A DNA stretch of 64,000 bases, taken from positions 164,920,001 to 164,984,000 of the forward strand of contig OX597814.1 in NCBI GenBank assembly GCA_951406725.2, written 5' to 3'. A program made the position numbers and the translations under genes. Position 1 is the first letter of the stretch. Every line of letters starts with the position of its first letter. Under the pieces are notes generated by a model. It did no database searches. It was given only the letters and a program-made list of their open reading frames with translations, and was not told where the DNA came from. This DNA is from Octopus vulgaris. Taxonomy: Eukaryota. Below are positions 59,290 through 64,000 of this stretch, in pieces.

Positions 59290-59975
59290 AGGCGGCGAGC
59301 TGGCAGAGTTGTTAGCACGCCCCGCAAAATGCTTAGCGGCATTTCGCCCGTCATTACGTTCAGGGTTCAAATGCCGCTGGGGTAGACTTTACCTTTCACC
59401 CTTTCGCGGTCGATAGAGTAACTGCCAGTTGATCACTGAGGTCGATGTAATTGACTTAACATTCCCCCTAAATTGCTGGCCTTGTGCCAAAATTTGAAAT
59501 CAATATATCAGTGAAAATTAAGGTAGCGAGCAGGCAGAATCCTTACCACACCGGACGAAATGCTTGCGACATTTAGTCCGTCTTTGCGTTCTGCATTCAA
59601 ATGCCGCCGGGGTCGACCCTGCCTTTCACTCTTTCGAATTAATAAAGTAAGTACCAGTGAAACACTGGGGTCGATATAATCAACTTACACTCTCCTCCGA
59701 ACTCGCTGGCTTTGTGCTAAAATTTGAAACCATTATTTTAGTGGTAATTGTTATTATAGGAATTGCGAGGTAGTGAACAGGCGGAAGCGTTACCACGCCG
59801 AACAAAATGCTTAGTGGCATTTAGTCCGGTTTTACGCTCTGAGTTAAAATTCCGCCGAAGTCTATCTTTCATCTCTTTCAGGGTCGATAAAAAAAGTTCC
59901 TGCTGAGAATTTCGGTCGATGTCATCGGCTAGGCCCTTTCCACCAAAATTTCAGGCCTTTCACCTAAAATAGAAA
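59290..59975 (+). mobile_element. Three head-to-tail family A SINEs
   Basis: Units start at about 59290, 59521 and 59768. Confidence 0.85.
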
Positions 59976-60324
59976 CAGTTATTGTTGGAATTTTTTTATT
60001 TCAATCTCCATATTCCAGTTAAATCTACAAGGTATTTATACTTGAATGGTAACTACATTGCTTTCTTTCTGAGATGATGGAAATTATGAAGTCGATTAGG
60101 ATATATTTTGGTACTTTCCTATTATCAACAGTCAATTTTTTAATTTCCTAAACAGATGGATGTGAGAGTTGATTTGATGACTTTCGGAATAGTTATCATT
60201 ACATCATTAACAAAGTACAGTGAAAAGAAATACTCATCCAATTTCTTGTTCTTTTTCTTCTCCATGAAGTCGTGATAGCTATTACATCGGTTTCATGTGT
60301 TTAACAGTTTATACTTATATATAT

Positions 60325-60640
60325 TACGGAGATGTACTTGCATAGCAAGTGAGTTGATCTGAGATCGTTTGCTGAAACAATAACACTTGCAGCGTGGAAG
60401 ATGTTTGTAAGCCATTTAAGAACACACAAAAACCGTTAGTTTCCCTTCAACATTTAAATTTAATTTGTGTCAAAATATTTCCATTGCTTTGAAACCGCAC
60501 GAAGTTTTGTCAGTGAATAGGTCGCGATTTTAAAGCGACGAAAATATAATGACACAAATTAAATTTAAATGTTGAAGTGAAACTAACGGTTTTTGTATGT
60601 TCTTAAATGGCTTACACACATCTTCCACGCTGCAATTGTT
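60325..60640. mobile_element. 'Tail + fold-back' insert between TA-rich flanks
   Basis: ~57-bp tail, then imperfect ~110-bp arms spanning 60382-60640. Confidence 0.8.
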
Positions 60641-60662
60641 TATATACACACACACACACACA

Positions 60663-60698
<36 letters not shown>

Positions 60699-61198
60699 TG
60701 TATGTATGTATGTATGTATGTATGTGTCGTTGTGTCTGTGTTTGTCTCCTGACCATCGCTTGACAACCGATGTTGGTGCGTTTACGTCCCCGTAACTTAG
60801 CGGTTCAGCAAAATAGACTGATAGAATAAGTACTATGGTTACAAAGAATGGTGCTCCAGAATGGTGGCAGACAAATGGTGCTCCAGAATGGTGGCAGACA
60901 AATGACTGAAACAAGTAAAAGGCTAAAAGAATATGTGTGTATGTGTATTTGTGTGTGCGTGTGTGCGTGCATGCGTGCGTGTTTGCGTGTGCGTGTGTGT
61001 GTTTATAGTTTTAAAAAGTTAATTCTAGTTTGTCTCGGCTTCTTTCCGTTTCTAGAGTGCTTATGCACTGCAGAAGTTGAAATGGATTGCGCGGGGCACC
61101 GAAAATGAAAACGAGTCACATAATTCGCCGAGCAGACCACGACTATCTAGAAACTTAAAGACTATAAATCTATTTCTACTGTACACACACACACACTC

Positions 61199-61265
<67 letters not shown>

Positions 61266-61286
61266 TAGATAGACAGACAGACAGAC

Positions 61287-61371
<85 letters not shown>

Positions 61372-61372
<1 letters not shown>

Positions 61373-62551
61373 GTTTCTTTATTGGCCACACAGGGCTGCA
61401 CACAGATGGGACAAGTTACAAGGTAGAGCTTTTCTTTTGGGGAATGAAGAGAACAAAAAACAAAAGAAAAAGAAAGGTGGGTGGCGTAGGTTTTCGATCA
61501 AGAGGGATCGTAAAAGGGAAGAAAAGAACAAAAACAAAAAAAAAATTGAATAAAATAAAAAGAATAAAAAGAAAAAAAGAAAAGGAAAAGGAACAAAAGG
61601 AAAGAGAAATGAAAAAAGAAGAAAAAAGGGGAAAAAAAGGGGAAGAGGAAAAAAAAGAACGATCAATAGGGATCGTGTATCACAGTGTTATGATATATGG
61701 TGTAAAGAGGGAAGCAGATAAGGTTTATCCGTGGGAAGAAAAGCCTACGAAAAAGACCACGGTAACCTTGGTCAATATTGTTATATGTTACCACATTTGT
61801 TTGCAAGTGGGTAACCCTCTGTTTTCAATTTCTGGGTTCATAGGATTATGCTCAAGGTGGCTTCGTCATTCATACGTGCCATCCTTGCTACATTCACCCA
61901 TCTTTTTTTAAAACATTCGCTAGACAAAACTTGCCTCTCTACTCTCACTTTCCTTTTCAAGTGGTACTTGAAGAAGTTGATGAGAGATTGACCAGAGAGG
62001 AAAGTGTTTGTCTCCAATCCTTTCAGACGCGTCCACCAGATACATTCTTTCGCCATAGCCACAAGGATGATGAAAATAGCTCTTCCTTCCCGTTTGAAGG
62101 AAGGAGGCGTGACAATATTGACGATAGACTCAGCTGATAAACCGACTCGTCCCACACGTGACAGCAGTTGTTCGACATAAGCCCACAGGTCGGAAATTGT
62201 TGGACACTGCACGAGTGTGTGCAGAACGGTTTCGTCGCTCTGACCGCATCTCGGGCAGGTCGGCCCCGTGTTTCTCGAGCCGTGTCTGTAGAGCTTATCC
62301 CGAACGGGTAGCGCTTCTCGGTAGCACTGCCAGGCCAGGGATCTCTGGAAGTTGTCCATGGGCCCTGGCCCGAAAGTCGTCCTGAACAGGCGGGTCAGGT
62401 ACTCCTCGTCGACGTCCAGGTTCGCCCCGAGCTCGTCGTCGTACCTCCCCTCCACTAATCCCCTATAGAATGCTTTGGTTGTGTTGAAGTCACTCAAGGT
62501 CGACCCGGGACGGCAGAGTTGCTTGAGAGCAACGCGACACTCGCGGTGCCA
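61372..62551 (-). mobile_element. 5'-truncated Tx1/L1-like retrotransposon 3' end in (GATA)n
   Basis: zf-RVT-like region W..ALPV..CPRCGQSDETVLHTLVQCP, stop at 61838, pyrimidine-rich UTR, AATAAA; (GATA)n on both sides. Confidence 0.85.
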
Positions 62552-62658
<107 letters not shown>

Positions 62659-62777
62659 TATTTATCATGGGAAATAGTGTGTTGAAACAGGTATTGTTCT
62701 ATTTAAGGATGGTTAGTTTTTGCTAATAAACACTCACACTATTAATTTGACCTTCACTTAAGTTTTATTATTATTAT

Positions 62778-62977
62778 TGGTGAGCTGGTACGCTGGACGT
62801 AATGCTTAGTGGTATTTTGCCTGTCGCTATGTTCTGAGTTCAAATTCCGCTGAGGTCAACTTTTCCGTTCATGCTTTCAGAGTCGATAAAAGAAGTACCA
62901 GTTGAACACTGGAGTCGATGTAATCTACTCATACCCCACCGCCCAAAATTGTTGCCCTTGTGACAAAGTTTGAAACC
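62778..62977 (+). mobile_element. Family A SINE (diverged)
   Basis: GTTCTGAGTTCAAATTCCGC and core. Confidence 0.75.
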
Positions 62978-63229
62978 ATTATTATTAGTAGTAGTTTATT
63001 TGTCAGAGTCCTTTTATCACACATCCTGTGACTTCAACGACTTTCTGTCCCTCGTGTCTCCCATAATAAAGTTGCTTTTGCTAAAGTGATACGTACCTAT
63101 TGTATCTATTTGTTCGTGTATCTCTTTCTCTCACTCTACGTGCGACTGTGTGTGTGTATGTGTGTGTGTATGTGTGTGTGTGTGCGTGTGTGTGGGTGAC
63201 TGAAACAACGATAAGAGATTTATCACACA

Positions 63230-63268
<39 letters not shown>

Positions 63269-63275
63269 ACACATA

Positions 63276-63775
63276 GTGGAGGCACATGGCCTAGTGGTTA
63301 GAGCAGCGGGCTCGCGGTCGAGGGACCGCGGGTTCGAATCTCAGACCGGGCGATGTGTGTGTTTATGAGCGAAAAACCTAAGCTCCACGCAGCCCCGGCA
63401 GAAGGTAATGCCGAACTTCTGTTAACTCTTTCGCCACAGCTTTCTCTCGCTCTTTCCTCCATCTTGCAGTTCACCTGCGACGGACCGGCGTCCCGTCCAG
63501 GTCATAAGGGCCGGTTTCCCGGTTTCCTTGGCGTATAGGTTCCACACCTGGACGGGACGCCGGTCCATCGCAGGTGAGCTGCAAGATGCAGGAAGAAAGA
63601 GTGAGAGAAAGTTATGGCGAAAGAGTCAGCAGAAGTTCACCATTACCTTCTGCCGTAGCTGCGTGGAGCTTAGGTGTTTCGCTCATAAACACACACATCG
63701 CCCGGTCTGAAATTCGAACCCGCGATCCCTCGACCGCGATTCCGCTGCTCTAACCACTAGGCCATGTGCCTCCAC
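63276..63775. mobile_element. Tail-to-tail pair of tRNA-derived SINEs (family D)
   Basis: A box TGGCCTAGTGG and B box GGTTCGAATC at both outer ends; arms 63276-63502 / 63546-63775. Confidence 0.9.
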
Positions 63776-64000
63776 GCCAGTCTGAGTGCCCATTCTCTTT
63801 ATTCTCCTCCTCTATCTCTCTCTCTCTCCTACCCTCTTTTTTTCTCTCTCTCTCTCTCTCTCTCCCTCTCTCTGCATCACAAACATTATTTTTTTCTCCC
63901 CTCAAATACCTCAATGGTCACTAAAACTGGCTACGTCTTTTGTTCCTTGAATGCACATGCATTTATGCATGTGTGTAAGCATGATCACGCGTCCATGTGT

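Noticed and set aside
60847-60904. 26-27-bp tandem duplication as a regulatory array
   Set aside because: Local duplication inside a common SINE-associated module
61444-61911. Lys/Glu-rich plus-strand ORF
   Set aside because: Antisense of the pyrimidine-rich 3' UTR of the Tx1-like element
63276-63350. Functional tRNA gene
   Set aside because: The head continues into a SINE body with no proper acceptor stem or terminator

Overview
AT-rich, microsatellite-dense eukaryotic DNA, inferred to be invertebrate and most like an octopus/coleoid cephalopod from its repeat content. It is probably intronic or intergenic: I found no convincing host protein-coding gene, and most ORFs in the track are microsatellite artefacts. 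The main content is transposable elements partitioned by microsatellite target. (TA)n holds Penelope-like elements (PLEs): one young, apparently complete pLTR-ORF1-RT/GIY-YIG-pLTR copy at 10990-15920 (-) with hammerhead ribozymes and a -1 frame junction, one decayed copy, and several short 'tail + fold-back' inserts. (TAA)n holds head-to-tail stacks of Dong/R4-like RLE retrotransposon 3' ends and a recurrent ~560-bp non-coding element. (GATA)n holds a Tx1/L1-like 3' end. Also present are many tRNA-derived SINEs, three non-autonomous Helitrons, hAT/mariner/pogo-type MITEs and an RTE fragment. All calls are by eye, with no database search, and boundaries are approximate unless stated.
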